A stretch of 64,000 nt of DNA from a virus, in the IMG/VR virus record IMGVR_UViG_3300045988_143823, one strand, 5' to 3'. Position 1 is the first letter of the stretch. Each line of letters opens with the position of its first letter. A model generated the notes under the pieces. That model was not told the DNA's origin and ran no database searches. It saw only the letters and a list, made by a program, of their open reading frames with translations. This document shows positions 50,176-63,400 of the stretch, one piece after another. A program made the translations under genes and the position numbers.

Positions 50176-53100
50176 TGATACATACCCGCCTCTATCTCTT
50201 TAGTAAACCCTCTATCGAGAGCTAATATAAATTTATTCCAAGCATCTTTTACTGCTTCAATTAATTCACGCATCTATTTATCTTTTGATACAGTATCATT
50301 AATATCATAATAGTCATAAAATCGTGTTGATAGGAATCCTCTAAAAATAGTAAGATATTTTTCATATTCAATCTAATAATATTCAGCTTTTGTTTTATAA
50401 TTTTCTTGTTTATTAGTGTAAATAGTAATTAAAAATTCTGCCTATTCAATCGCGTCTTTATAAGCATTTATATCTTTGTTTAAAACATTTTCAATATACC
50501 AATAAAAAATTCCCATACTTGTAATTGAAGAATAATTTTCATTAGGGTTAGATAATTTAGGTAAATTAGTAAATAATTCAATTAATAATGGATCAATTCT
50601 ATATTCATTAAATAATTGAGTATTACACCAATAGCACAATTCTGAAATTTTTGCCAATCCTTTTAACATTAATAAATGCTGATATCTTACTTCATTAATA
50701 GTAGGATTTGTTTTTGAAATATTTACCTTATATTCTGACAAATTATTTAAAGATTTTATTTTATCCTAAATAAAAATTTTATTGCCTAAAGATTTATAAC
50801 TTCTTAATAGAGTGGTATATAATCCATCTAAATTAGAATTATATAACTCTAATACTGATTTTAATGTACCATAATCAGATAATGCATTATCTCCACCAGT
50901 ATTATTAGAAATAAAATTAGAACGTGTTTTATAAGTATAATTTATAATATTATCAATAATATTGCGTTCAGGATGTTTTTTAATATCTTCACTATCACTT
51001 TGATTTTCTTCACTTAAAACAGTAGAAATAAATTTATTATTAGAATATAAATTAAATGTTCCCTATTGTAAATTAGCAAGTTTAGTAGCAGTTAAATATG
51101 GTTCAATAAAATTATAATTATTATTTTTCTAATCATTCGCTGATACTGCTAATTGATTAAAATAATCAATAAAACTTTTTATTAAATAATCTTTTTCATT
51201 CAAATAATAATCTACATTTAAATCATAATTATTTAAAGTAGCTTGTTTATAAAAATTATTTTCTAAATAATAATATTTTCCCAGAGTTAAGAAAATATCA
51301 TTTTTTTCAATTTTTCCTACTAATTTATAGGTTGAAGTATTTATGCCATTACTAACCAATAGCTATTGATAATTTGTAATAGTAGAATTATAATTAGTTA
51401 TTATAGTATTAGCATCTAATAAACGAGAAAATCCAGTATTCATATAATTATTTGTAGCATTTGGAGTAATTAAATCAATAATAGCATCTAAAACATATTT
51501 ATATCCATTTTCTTTTACTGGTAAACAGGTATTATCAATAATATATAATAGTTTATTAATTTTAGCTATACGAATATTAGTGGCTTCAAGATTATAAGTA
51601 TTCTAATCAAATTCAATACTATTAAAAATTGAATTATCTCCTTCATCTAAATTATTTCCTTCAATATCTAAAATAATATTACGATTAGAACTAGATCGAA
51701 TAGTACTTTGTATAGAAGACCCTAATTTAGTTATATAAGAATCTGAATATTTACGATTATTCTTCTCATAATAATAGAATGAATATAATAATCGATCTCT
51801 AAAAGCTAAACAATATAAAAGATCTCTTTTTCTATCATTCCACCAACCTGAGAATGTAATAGATTTCTATAAATAATAATTTAACTTAGATGATAAACTA
51901 GTACTATCATTTATAATTAAATTAGGCCAATTTAATTCTTTTGCTGACTAACAAACATAATCTAATTTATCTGCCGCTAAAATAAATTTAATAATAGAAG
52001 AACTGTCTTCATCTTCCAAGCCATTCTATTCAGTACCGCCTTGTAATTTTAAATTTAAGGCAGTATAATCAGAAGCAATAGTATTTCCTATATCAATTAA
52101 ACTAGATACCTAAAATAAATCCTTTAGAGTATCCATATTGTCTAAATCAATTTTAGTATTTTTTAATTTCTCAATTAAATCAATACAAGCATCAAAAGGA
52201 TATAAAAAATTATCATTATCATCAGTGCCAATAAAATTAATAAATGCTTTAGTATCAGAATCTAAATTATCAGTCTATCCTAATAATTTATTTAAATTTC
52301 TACGAGATTGTTTTAAACGTCCATAATACCATAAAATTTCATGTATGCCACCCAAAACTTTTTGATATAATAATTTATCTAAAGCATCATCGTCATCTTG
52401 GTCTTTTATAATAGCTAAATATCCTATTATAGTATCATATAATCCTTGAATAGAAGTCCAAGCATCAATATAATAATTCATTTGAATCCGGCGCGCCTCA
52501 GCTTCAGAAGTATTAGTGCTACCTAACCCTGCTGAAACTCTATTATAATGATTTTTTATATTAGTTAAAATCTCAGTAATATTAATTGAAGATTCAATTT
52601 GCTCAAGATTATCTTTTATTGAATTATAATTAGAAGAAGTAACATTTGTTAATTGATTAGCTATACTCTAATAAATTAAACAATATAACCACAATGCTGC
52701 TTTATATCTATAAACAATTGCATTATAACCATCATCAGTAAGAGTTTGACCATTTTTATCAGTGATTTCATAAATTTGATTTAATAAACCACCATAATCA
52801 TTCGCAATTGAATTAGCATTTTCAATAGCAGAATTCTAATTATTATAAAGAGATTGTAATAAAGAATCTAATTTATTTAATTTAGAATTAATACCTTCTT
52901 TAGTCGGCTGCTAAATTAAATCTAATAAATCCTATTCTTCTTCATCCTATAATTTTAATTCAGTATACATACCTTTATTTATCTACATTCGCTTAATTGT
53001 TTTTAATACTTCTTTTTTTATTTCAGCTTTCTTCTCTTCAGTAATATTATTTGACCATAAATCAACAATATTAAAATTCTTTAATGCTGCTGGTTTCATA

Positions 53101-56100
53101 GTATTTAAAATTTCATTAATAATATTGCGATCCTGCCAATTAATTATTCTCTCTAAACGAGATTGATGATCATTTAAATCTTCATAAGGAATATTATTTG
53201 ATTCTGATAAACCATTTAATAAAGTATTATAACTGCGAGTTAAAGTTAAATATTTCTAAAAATTATTATCAGCTTCTGCTATTAATTCATAATTACGATA
53301 TAAAGCTCTTAAAAATTCTGATTGCTATATATAATTATCTTTCGCGCGTCTTGTTTCACTATCATTTACTTCAGTATAATAATCTAAAATCTCTAACTAA
53401 AATGTTGCTTCCGCGATTAATCCTGTGCCAATTTTAATTATATCAGGAGATTTTAAATTAGAAAAATATCTATTATCATCATACTCTAACTCTACAGAAT
53501 TATTAAAACGAATATAAAAATCTTTAATCTAATCTTGCTATACAATTGATTTAGCAATATTATTTTCATCTACAGTCCAATCAGTATGATAAAATTCAGG
53601 GACTGGATTATAGTCTTCTTTATTCAACCAACGAATAGCTGTTGATAAATAATCTTTTTCATGAATTAATTCATTATTATTTTTTATAGTTTTATAGAAT
53701 GTAGCATTTTTTAATAAATCTTCTAAAGATTTTATCTAAGCGTCATAAAAATCATTAATAGCTTTATGATCAAACATAATAGCAGTTTGTAATTTTTTTT
53801 CTCTTAAATCATTTAATGCTTTAATTTGATTATTAATATAATCTTGATATTTATCTGTAGCCCCTTTAGGAATAATATAAACATCCTTAACTAATTTATA
53901 TTTTCCATCTTTTTCAACATACAACTCTAATTCATCATTTAAATATGTCTTTTTATTTTTAATTAAAACATAATATAATCCAACTTCTTCGTCATATTGA
54001 ATGTCATGTAATTTTTCATAACGATATTTTTCATTGATATAAAATGAAGTGTCAAAATCGTCAATCACTGATTTCCAATAACAGTCATAATATTGACCGG
54101 TCTTTACTCCAAAAATATTAGTACGCTATGTTGGCATCCAAGAATCAAATTGAGGGAAATACTCGTACATCTAAAATACACAAAATTCATCATTTACATT
54201 AAAATATTCTCTTACTTTTGGAGTTAATTCATCTATTGGATAGGGCTATCCAAAAGGAGAAACAGAATATAATAAATACTGACTACCAAAATTTTCTTCA
54301 TAATCATATTTAGAATAACTACCATCTGCTTGAGGTAGACACACATGCGTTGCTTTCCCATCACTAATAGCCCAAGGCACTCCAGATGGATTAGCCGCAG
54401 TTATTTTTGCCCATCCTTCAGGAGTTACATATTCATAAGGGACCGCATAAATAGGTATTAATTCACGTACTTTTATATGTAATTGTTCTAAATTTAAAAC
54501 TTTTAATTTGTCTCTGGTGTAATTATGGAATTGAGTATTAATATAAGACATAATGTTGCCAGGCTCAAATCCTTTGGCAGCTAAAGTATCATAAATTTTT
54601 TCAAATGCAGAATTTACATCTAATTTATTTAATACAATTCTCTCATTTAAAGAACTCAAAGCATTTCTAAATTTATTAATATCTGACTCAGTTAAAGACT
54701 AATCTTTCTATTTAGTAACTAAAGTATCTAATTCAGTTAATACTGGATTAACTCCCACAAACTAATGGCTTAAAATCGTCTTTAATTTTACTTCAGTAAT
54801 TGCATCAAAATTTCCGTATCGTACTCCTTGATATTGGCACTCTAAAATACCTACTGGATGAGTGTATTCATCATTAGGTATTCTAATACGACTTATTTTT
54901 CGGCTTGAATTATTATAAGTATATGAGCCAGTAATTCCAATTAAAATTTCATCTTCTGTCTTTTCTGATATATCTCCGTAAGTTAAGAAAATACTAGATC
55001 CAGGCAATAAATCTTGAACAGAAAATTGACTAATATTATTAGATTCAAAATCTATAATAATATCCATGCCAGGCTCATATTCATTTAAATAATAACTGCG
55101 CCATAATGAAACATATTTACTAACAATATCAGATTTTATAAATCCGTATTTTAATAAATTTTCATAAGTTAAATCCGCTATTTCAACACATTGTCCGGTA
55201 AAAGAATGAAGCATGCGCCCTAGTGTATCTACTGGAGACATAGAAACATTCATAATACGAATGATAAAATTCCCTTCTGGCCCAGACCGGAATAATTTAG
55301 GCTATCCATTATTTAACCAATCTAAGACTTCCATTTTAAAATTGCGCTCTTTATGAATATTATTTTCAATTAAATCACAAGGATTTTCTAATATTTTTTC
55401 CATGCGATTAAAAAATTCTGTACTGTTTTTAATATCAGCATGGTCAGTACAAGTTCTAATATAGTCTTGAATTTCTCTATCATAAAATAAAATTTCATCA
55501 TCCATTTGGTAAGAAATTAATCCACTAATAGGAAATTCTTTATAAGCAACTTTTCCATTTCTGAAAATAAAGGGAAATTTATTGCCAATTGTATTTGTTT
55601 TTTGTTCGAGTATTGTAGTTTTAAATGAAGATACTTTAGGATTGAATTTTACTTTTAAAACTCTATCTCCATCATATAAAAAGATATCTTCAAAATCAAC
55701 TGAAACAGGTTCACTTTCAATGCGAGAAGAATAAATACCAAACAAATTATATTGAATTATACCATAAATATATTTAACACCTTGTTTAACGGTATAATCA
55801 TTATAATCTATTAATGATGGTTTCATATTTTCAAGTTTAAATCGTTTTAATTCTAACCAAGAACGATATTCATCTTCTTCGCTGGCCCTCACTAAAATGT
55901 ATTGACCAAAATAAGTATCTTCTTGTTTATCTACTTGGTATTCAATATTAGAATCATATCCTAAAATATGTAAATATTCTTTAGCTAATTCAGTAGATAA
56001 ACCAGCTGTAGTAATAATATTTTGACATAAGTTAATTAAACTCTAATCTGTAACAATCTGGTCTAACTCTGTTTCATCAACATTTATAGAATCCTATAAA

Positions 56101-57440
56101 TAATTTAAATAAGAATTTACTCTATTCTATAAAATAATATTTAAATTTTTATATCCTTCAAATGAAGTAGCAATATATACTGTAGTATTCCATAAAAATT
56201 TACTAAATAAATTATAATAATTTATTTCTTCTTTTTCTTTACCAATATTTTCTATAACAGAACCTAAATATTCTCCTAAATATAAATCAAATTCTTTTGA
56301 TTCCATAATTAAAGACTCTAAAATACCAGTAGAAATACCACACATATCATTTAATAATGAAACATTATCTCGTAAATATATTCTATACTTTTCTAAAATA
56401 TTGACAACAAATCCTGACTCCTAAATTTGATCAACCCATTCTTTAATTTGCGGGTTATCTGAACTATTTGTTCCTTGATAGAATCGTTTTAATTTTGTCA
56501 TTAAATTTTTAGAATAATTATAATAAGTATTAATACGAGTCATTTCCTTAATAACATTTTCTTGACGAACTACTCGTTCAATACCATGAAAATTAACATT
56601 AATACATCCACTATTTGGGTGAGGTTCTGTTGTGATTGAAATACTTTTACTAGGGGCTAATAAAGTTTCTGCTGTTACTCTATACATTGGGCTTGATGCC
56701 ACATATCCATTTAAAGTTGTAACAGTATAAACTAATTTATAAACTTCACTAGTTTTAATGAAACTACTTAAAACGGCTGAATCAGTAGATATTCCATATT
56801 CAATATCATTAGAATTATTATGTAATAATTCACCAGTAGTATAATATAATTCCCCTTCTTCTGTATAAAATGAAAAATTATAAGAATATACTTTTTCACT
56901 CTAATCAAAATCAGAAGATAATTCATACAAACCGAATAAATTATTATTAAATAAATTAATACTATCAATTGAATATCCTTTAACTGAAATTTTAGGCTCC
57001 TGAATACATTTAATAATACCAATAGTAGAATAGTATCCTGTTAACTTTTTAATAACATCAACTGTAACAGTTTCTTTCGTGTCAGGGTCTTCTTTTGTTT
57101 CAGTCTATGTATATTGTGAAATATAAGCTAATTGTACTTTGTAATACTAGCCTTCATTTAATAAGGCTCCCTAAGAAGGAGGTATAGTAAATGTAACAGT
57201 AGAATTAGCAGTATTAAAATCCATTGATTCAATTGGATTAAATAAATAAGTATTTGTTGAAGCAGTTTTTAATCGCAAAACAAATCCAACAAATTCTTTA
57301 TCATTAACTGCGGCACTCGCAGTAAAAGGAATTGTAATCTAAATATCCTTTAATACTTTCGTGTCGCCTGTTTCAATATAACTCTTACAAAAAGCAGGTA
57401 AAGTACCTGCTATTACAGGAGGATATAATCTTTCAGGCAT
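50172..57440 (-). CDS. giant tail/baseplate protein (about 2422 codons) with an estimated >35 in-frame TAG codons
   Basis: RBS AAAGGAGAATGACT then ATG at 57440. Nine ORF-track fragments are in one frame, and the 50.7-56.7 kb frame was translated by hand and checked against three track proteins. No TAA/TGA was found in-frame until the TGA at 50172. Confidence 0.4.
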
Positions 57441-57466
57441 AGTCATTCTCCTTTACCACATAATTA

Positions 57467-60367
57467 TTATTTATTTTCTAATGCTTGGATACGTTTTATT
57501 AAATTTGGAATCGTTGTTTGCTATAATGTAGTGAAACTTGTTTCCAAAGTTTTAACGCGTGATTCTAATGTAGCACATCTATCAATTAAAGTTTTAATAG
57601 CAGAATTTGAAGATAGATTGCATTGGACAGGGACTCCATTTAAAAAATATACTGGATTTTCAGAACTTCCAACATTTAATAAAGCTTCATGCTCAGCATC
57701 CACCAAATTCTAAGCATTCTAAGCTGAAGTCGCAGTTTTTATCCAAGCTTCTCCCTAATCATTTATTTTAAATATATTCTTTTTATCATCAAAAGCGTAT
57801 AAACCATATTCTTCTAAATTATTATTATTTTTAAATGTACCCATTAGTACACCTTTAGTCTAATTACTATTTAATTGTCCTACTGTAGTAGAAATTAATT
57901 GTAAAGTTTCGTCATTAAAATCAATAACTGCCCCTTGTAAATCATTCCACATTGCAATAGGATAATTATTTTTAATCACTACAATAGGCTATATCCATAC
58001 TATTTTGTCTGTTTTATTCTATGCCTATACATAGAGACAAGTTGAATTATTATCTTGAGAGGAAAATACAGTAGGCGGAATAATTATATTATTTTCAAAT
58101 TTCCACTATGTTAAAATTTTGTTCTCATCATTTTTAATATTATTCTGCAAGCTCCAATTTAAATTTTCAGATACAGTTTCAAACCCATCCATTTCAGTTG
58201 TATATTTAAAAATTTGATAATTAGTTTTTTCATATACCGGTTTTTTACCAGTAATATCATAAGTTATTATAGAGCATCCATCAGCACAAACATATTCTGG
58301 ATTAAATGTAGTAGGAATACTAATATATCCCTCTAAATTATTATTATTATAAGTTCCTTTTACTTTAACAACTAATTTTGATAAAAGATTAATATCAGAT
58401 TCTGTTAATGCTTCATGAATTTTAATAATATTATCCACTAATGAAATCTTATCAGAATTTAAAGAATTATAATACCATTCATAAGTTAATTCAATATCAG
58501 AACGTCCTTGCCAAGTATAATCATATAAATTAGCAACTATTCGATACTCCTTATCTTGAGAAATAGGACAAATAACTTTACAATCTTTATACTAATCTTT
58601 AATTTTTTCTTGTAATGATAATTGAAGCACACAATTAGCCCCAGAAGAGCCGCTATTACCAAATAATAATTCAATTGAACTGGTGTATATCTAATTATTA
58701 ATTTCAATTTCACATTTAATTGTATTATTTCTAAAAAGTGGATTATATAAAGAGTTAATTCTAAAAGGTATATAATATATTTTAGTTGTAGGATTTAAAT
58801 AGTCATACATAGGAGCAGTATTTTTATCAGTATTTAATATATGCTCAAACTCATACTCATCATGCTTATTTATCTTTCCATTTTCCACTGGAATAATCAT
58901 TGTTTTTTTAGAAGGTAGCATATATCGTAATCGAACACCGTTTGTCAATGTTGTAGTCTTACTAGTATCTTTGCTATTAAATTCTACCGCAATATAATGG
59001 ATTTTTTCTCCATTAGAACGAGCTAATAATTGGTTATCTTGTCCATATATATAAAATGTATTATTGTTATTATTCGTAAATAAATTTAAACCAGCTAATA
59101 AACCAATATCTGGATTATATAATGTATTTGTATAAGAACATGACTAAGAATATCCTAAAACTTCTCTTGTTCCTATTTTACCTTTAAAATAAATCCTATA
59201 TGGTTGAGTAAAAATCTAATCTCCTAAACGAAGAGAGGTAGAAATTGTATTACCCGCAAGAATAGGAATCTCATCATAGCTGCCATCTGCTCTTACACCT
59301 AAGCGCCACCAACCTTGACCAAATACCGAACTGTTTTCAGTTACATCTTTATCATAAGAATATAACCATATTTCTGCCCCAGTAAATGTAGCCAAAGTCC
59401 CCGAAGTCATATCTATAACTCTAAACCCCATTGTAACCTTACGCTTTTCTTCATCTTGAGAGGGAGTGAACTAATATCTATTGCTACCTCTTGGATATAA
59501 ATAAACGCCAATATTACTATCAGTTGTAATATCTGAAAAATTACTTTTATAATATCCTAAATATAAATTTATATTTTTAAAAACAATTGAAAAAGAATCT
59601 GAACTATCAATTTTATTATTATCACTATCGTAAAAATTGCCATTTTCCCATAATTCAATTTGGATATCATTAATAATTAAATTAGTAACATCTATATCAA
59701 AATATTGAGAAGTATAACCTCCTGTTTTATATGCACTTAAAAATAACATATCTTTATTAGAGGATATTGTTGTGGTCTGTCGAGTAAATGTTTTTAATTC
59801 TTTTGTGGTCTAATCTTTTCCACTTAATATAATACGAATACCATAAGTACCTTTATTTAAAGTTTTTGTGCCATTATATAAATCAGCCATTAAATTATAA
59901 GAAATACGTAAAGTTGTATATCCTACTAATTCATTATTATTTATATAACTTTGAGGGCCCATAATAGTTTTACTAGATTCTCGACCCTCAGAAGTAGGAA
60001 TTACTGTAATTTCTTTACTCTAATTAAAAAGCTAATTAGCTGCATAAAAAGTTTTAGAATCATCTTTACCGATTACTTCATAATCACTAATTACACGTCC
60101 AGTAATCAATTTCTTACCAGAAAAATCACCTTGTGGGATTAATACATAAACTTCTTCATTAAGAGCATAAGATTTATCTTTTTCATTAACAAAAACTGTT
60201 AATTTAGCTCCTTTATAATTTACAATATATTTCTATGCTCCTTCAATACTTTCAGGAACACTTTCTATTACTCCAACTATTGTCTAGTCAAATGGTAAAT
60301 TCTATAATCGAGCAGATACAATTGTGTCTACTGATCGGAATATTTTTTCATTTAATTCATTAGACAT
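57467..60367 (-). CDS. structural protein (about 966 aa), possibly distal-tail/baseplate-like, with multiple in-frame TAG codons
   Basis: RBS AAAAAGGAGAACGAATT then ATG; ORFs 59471, 59216, 58691, 58106 and 57521 are in one frame; TAA stop at 57467; sits immediately after the tape-measure gene. Confidence 0.4.
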
Positions 60368-60447
60368 AATTCGTTCTCCTTTTTCTCATATTCTAATAAA
60401 TTTTGAGAAAAAATCTTATTTTATTATTTATATTTGACCAATAAAAA

Positions 60448-60476
60448 AATGGCGAGGTAATTAAACCTCGCCATTT
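60448..60476. terminator. hairpin (aatggcgaggt-aattaa-acctcgccatt)
   Basis: 11-bp stem after the tape-measure stop; its first half resembles the 22241 terminator. Confidence 0.55.
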
Positions 60477-60479
60477 AAA

Positions 60480-63400
60480 TTAAATAGTCTTTCGACTAGC
60501 ATATTGACTTGCTTCATTCTCCATCATTTCAAATGCTTCCATAATTTCATTACTATCAGTCACATTCGGGAAATCAGCATTAATAGAAACTTGTTGCATA
60601 AATTCTTGTGCAATTCTATCAACACCAAGAGAAGAAGGAATAAGATTAGATAAATAACTTACAATAGTCTAAACGTTTAATCCTATATTTTGTAATATAG
60701 TAGAAATATCTAAACTATCCGTTAAAGCAGTATCAATGTTTAATTCATTATTACTCATCCAATTTTCAATTTGTTTATTCATATCTAATTGATCTAACAT
60801 ATCTAAATAAGAAAGTTGAGAAATATACTCTGGAACTTCTGCTGTTTTATTAAAACTCTCAGAATTACGCTAAGTACTAATTATATTATTTGCTGTTGCA
60901 GTTGAACGAGAATCAATAGCATTTTCATATTTACCATAATCAATACTATTCATTCCAGATAAAGCTGCTACCATTTCATTCATAGTTTTTACTAAAGCTT
61001 CATTCCGCTTAATTGCACTATCAATTTTAGAAACATAAATAGATTCCCAATCACTCGCTGCTTTAATAACACCATTAAATGATTCTGTAGCATTTTTAAC
61101 AATTTTTTCCATATCTGCTACAGCTTTATCTGATTCACCAGTAATTTTAATTGACCATCCAGAAGCCGTATCAGCAAAACTTCCTTCAATACCTGCTGTA
61201 CTATTAATTTCTTTAATTTTATTTAAATAATCATCAAGCAATTTATTAGAATCAGCAACATAATTATCATGGCTTTTCCAAAATGCATTAAACATTTCAT
61301 CTAATGTAGAATATCCTGTTTTTAATGCCAAAGTAGTCTAATTAAAATTTTCAACTAATGCACCAGAACTATCTTTATAATATGTTACAAATTTTTCATT
61401 AGCATCTTTACTATTTTTAAATACTTCTTCATATTGCTAATGAATCTATTGCATACGTTCATCATAATATTTTTCTAAATCAGCAGCCTATTTCTCGTAT
61501 TCAGCTTGAGAAATTTCTCCTTGAGTAAATGATAGCTTTATTGCTGTTAACTTTTCTTGATAGTCAGATTGTAATTGAAGAATATTATTTTCTAATGTTT
61601 TTAAATATTCTTCATTAGCTTTTTGATAAGCATTTAATTTATCTTCATATTCTTGTTCAGCTTCAGCTATTTTGTCTTCATTAGCACTATATACATATCC
61701 CCAATTACCATTATTATCACGAGTCAAACGAACAGTTTCATTAGAATTTTGAACATCTTCCAATTTCTATCGTGCTAGCTCTAATTCATATTTAGATTGT
61801 AAAATCTTTAAATCATATTCACTAATTTTAGAACCATCTTTTAATTTTTTATTTAACTCGTCTTGTAATTTATTTAATGCTTGTTTATGAGGAATAATAT
61901 CAGTATCATCAATAGAACCTTCAATTTGACGTCTTAATTTATTTAATTCATAAGTTTTATCAGCATCACTTAAGTACTAATTATTTAATTCATTGGCCCT
62001 AGTAATAGCATCTTGCAAAGCTTCAATAGAACCATAAATTGGAGATATACCGTCTTCAAATTCTTTGACAATATTATCCATTTCTTCTTCAAAGATATCG
62101 CGTGCTCTTTCTAAAGCTTCTTGCCAAGTATCTAAGAAATTTTCTTCAGCACTATGGACTTGCTCATCAATTTCTTTTAAACTATCACTCCATTGTTTAA
62201 TTCCAATTGAATCTCCATTAGCAACAGCTTTATCATACTATTCTTGAGCATTAGCACGCATTTCTTTTAATGCCTCTACTTGCTATTTAGCTCCAGCAAG
62301 ATTATTAATACTGTTGTTCATTAATGAACGATTTAAATTACGCAATACTAATTTTGATTGCTCATTTAATTGAGCTCCTAATAATGAAGTAATATCTTTA
62401 ACACCTTCAAGAATATTCTAATAATGTTCAAATAAATCAATTTGGTCTTGAACATCCTCACTAAATTGATTAAAACTATCAAGGACTTTTTCTTGAATGG
62501 TTGCTCTCATTTCAAGCAATTCCTAATTGGCTTCTAAAATACTAGAACGCCATTCTCGAATTTGATCAATTTCATCTTCAGTGAAATTCTTAGCTTTTAA
62601 ATCATCAACTGTTAATTTATCAAGTTCTTCAATAGAATTAATGCCATGATTATTTAATAACTCTAGTAAACCGTCAGAATAAGTTTTAGTTTTTTCTAAA
62701 GCATTTTCTGCTTTTTCCCCAATTAAAGCAATAGCCTCAGCAGCAGAATAAGCATCATCTTCAATTTTACTTAATAAATAATCAAGATACTCTAACTCAT
62801 CATCTTTAACAGCAATCTTAATTTCAATTTTATACTAAGTCTTTTCAAAAATTATATCAGCTAATTCAGTTTGTAAATCATATAATTTTTCCAATTCATC
62901 TTGGCGTAAATTATTAGTTTCTTCATACTGTTCTAAAGCTTCAATAAAATCATCATAAGCTTCTTCAGCCGCCTCATCAGCATCTTCATTTTTACCAATA
63001 GACGAGTTGTATTTATCAATCTGGCGCTTCATAATTTCATCATAATTAGTAATAACACCAGTTTCATCAAATTCGGCGCCATAAGATGCTATTAAAGCTT
63101 TATCTTCATCCCAATATTTATTAATTTCATCAAGATATTGATTCTATAAATCAATCATTTCATCATATTTTTCAATTTCTTGATCCATTAATTCTAATTT
63201 AGAAGTACCAAACGCCCGCTCTTTAGCTTTGGCTAAATGCTCCATTACTTCTTCTAAATCTTCAATTTTTTGTTTAATTACATGATAACGCTCAATTTCA
63301 TCTTTATATTCTTTTGAAGGAGGAGGGGTATAACTGCTTCCACCACCTCCGCCACTATTGTTAGTGGCAGTGGGATTAGTAGTTAAATCAGTTGTTTTCC

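Noticed and set aside
22302-60367. Reading the fragmented late ORFs as pseudogenes or a degraded prophage
   Set aside because: The interruptions are exclusively TAG, frames are perfectly maintained across dozens of interruptions, and the same TAG read-through occurs in conserved essential early genes
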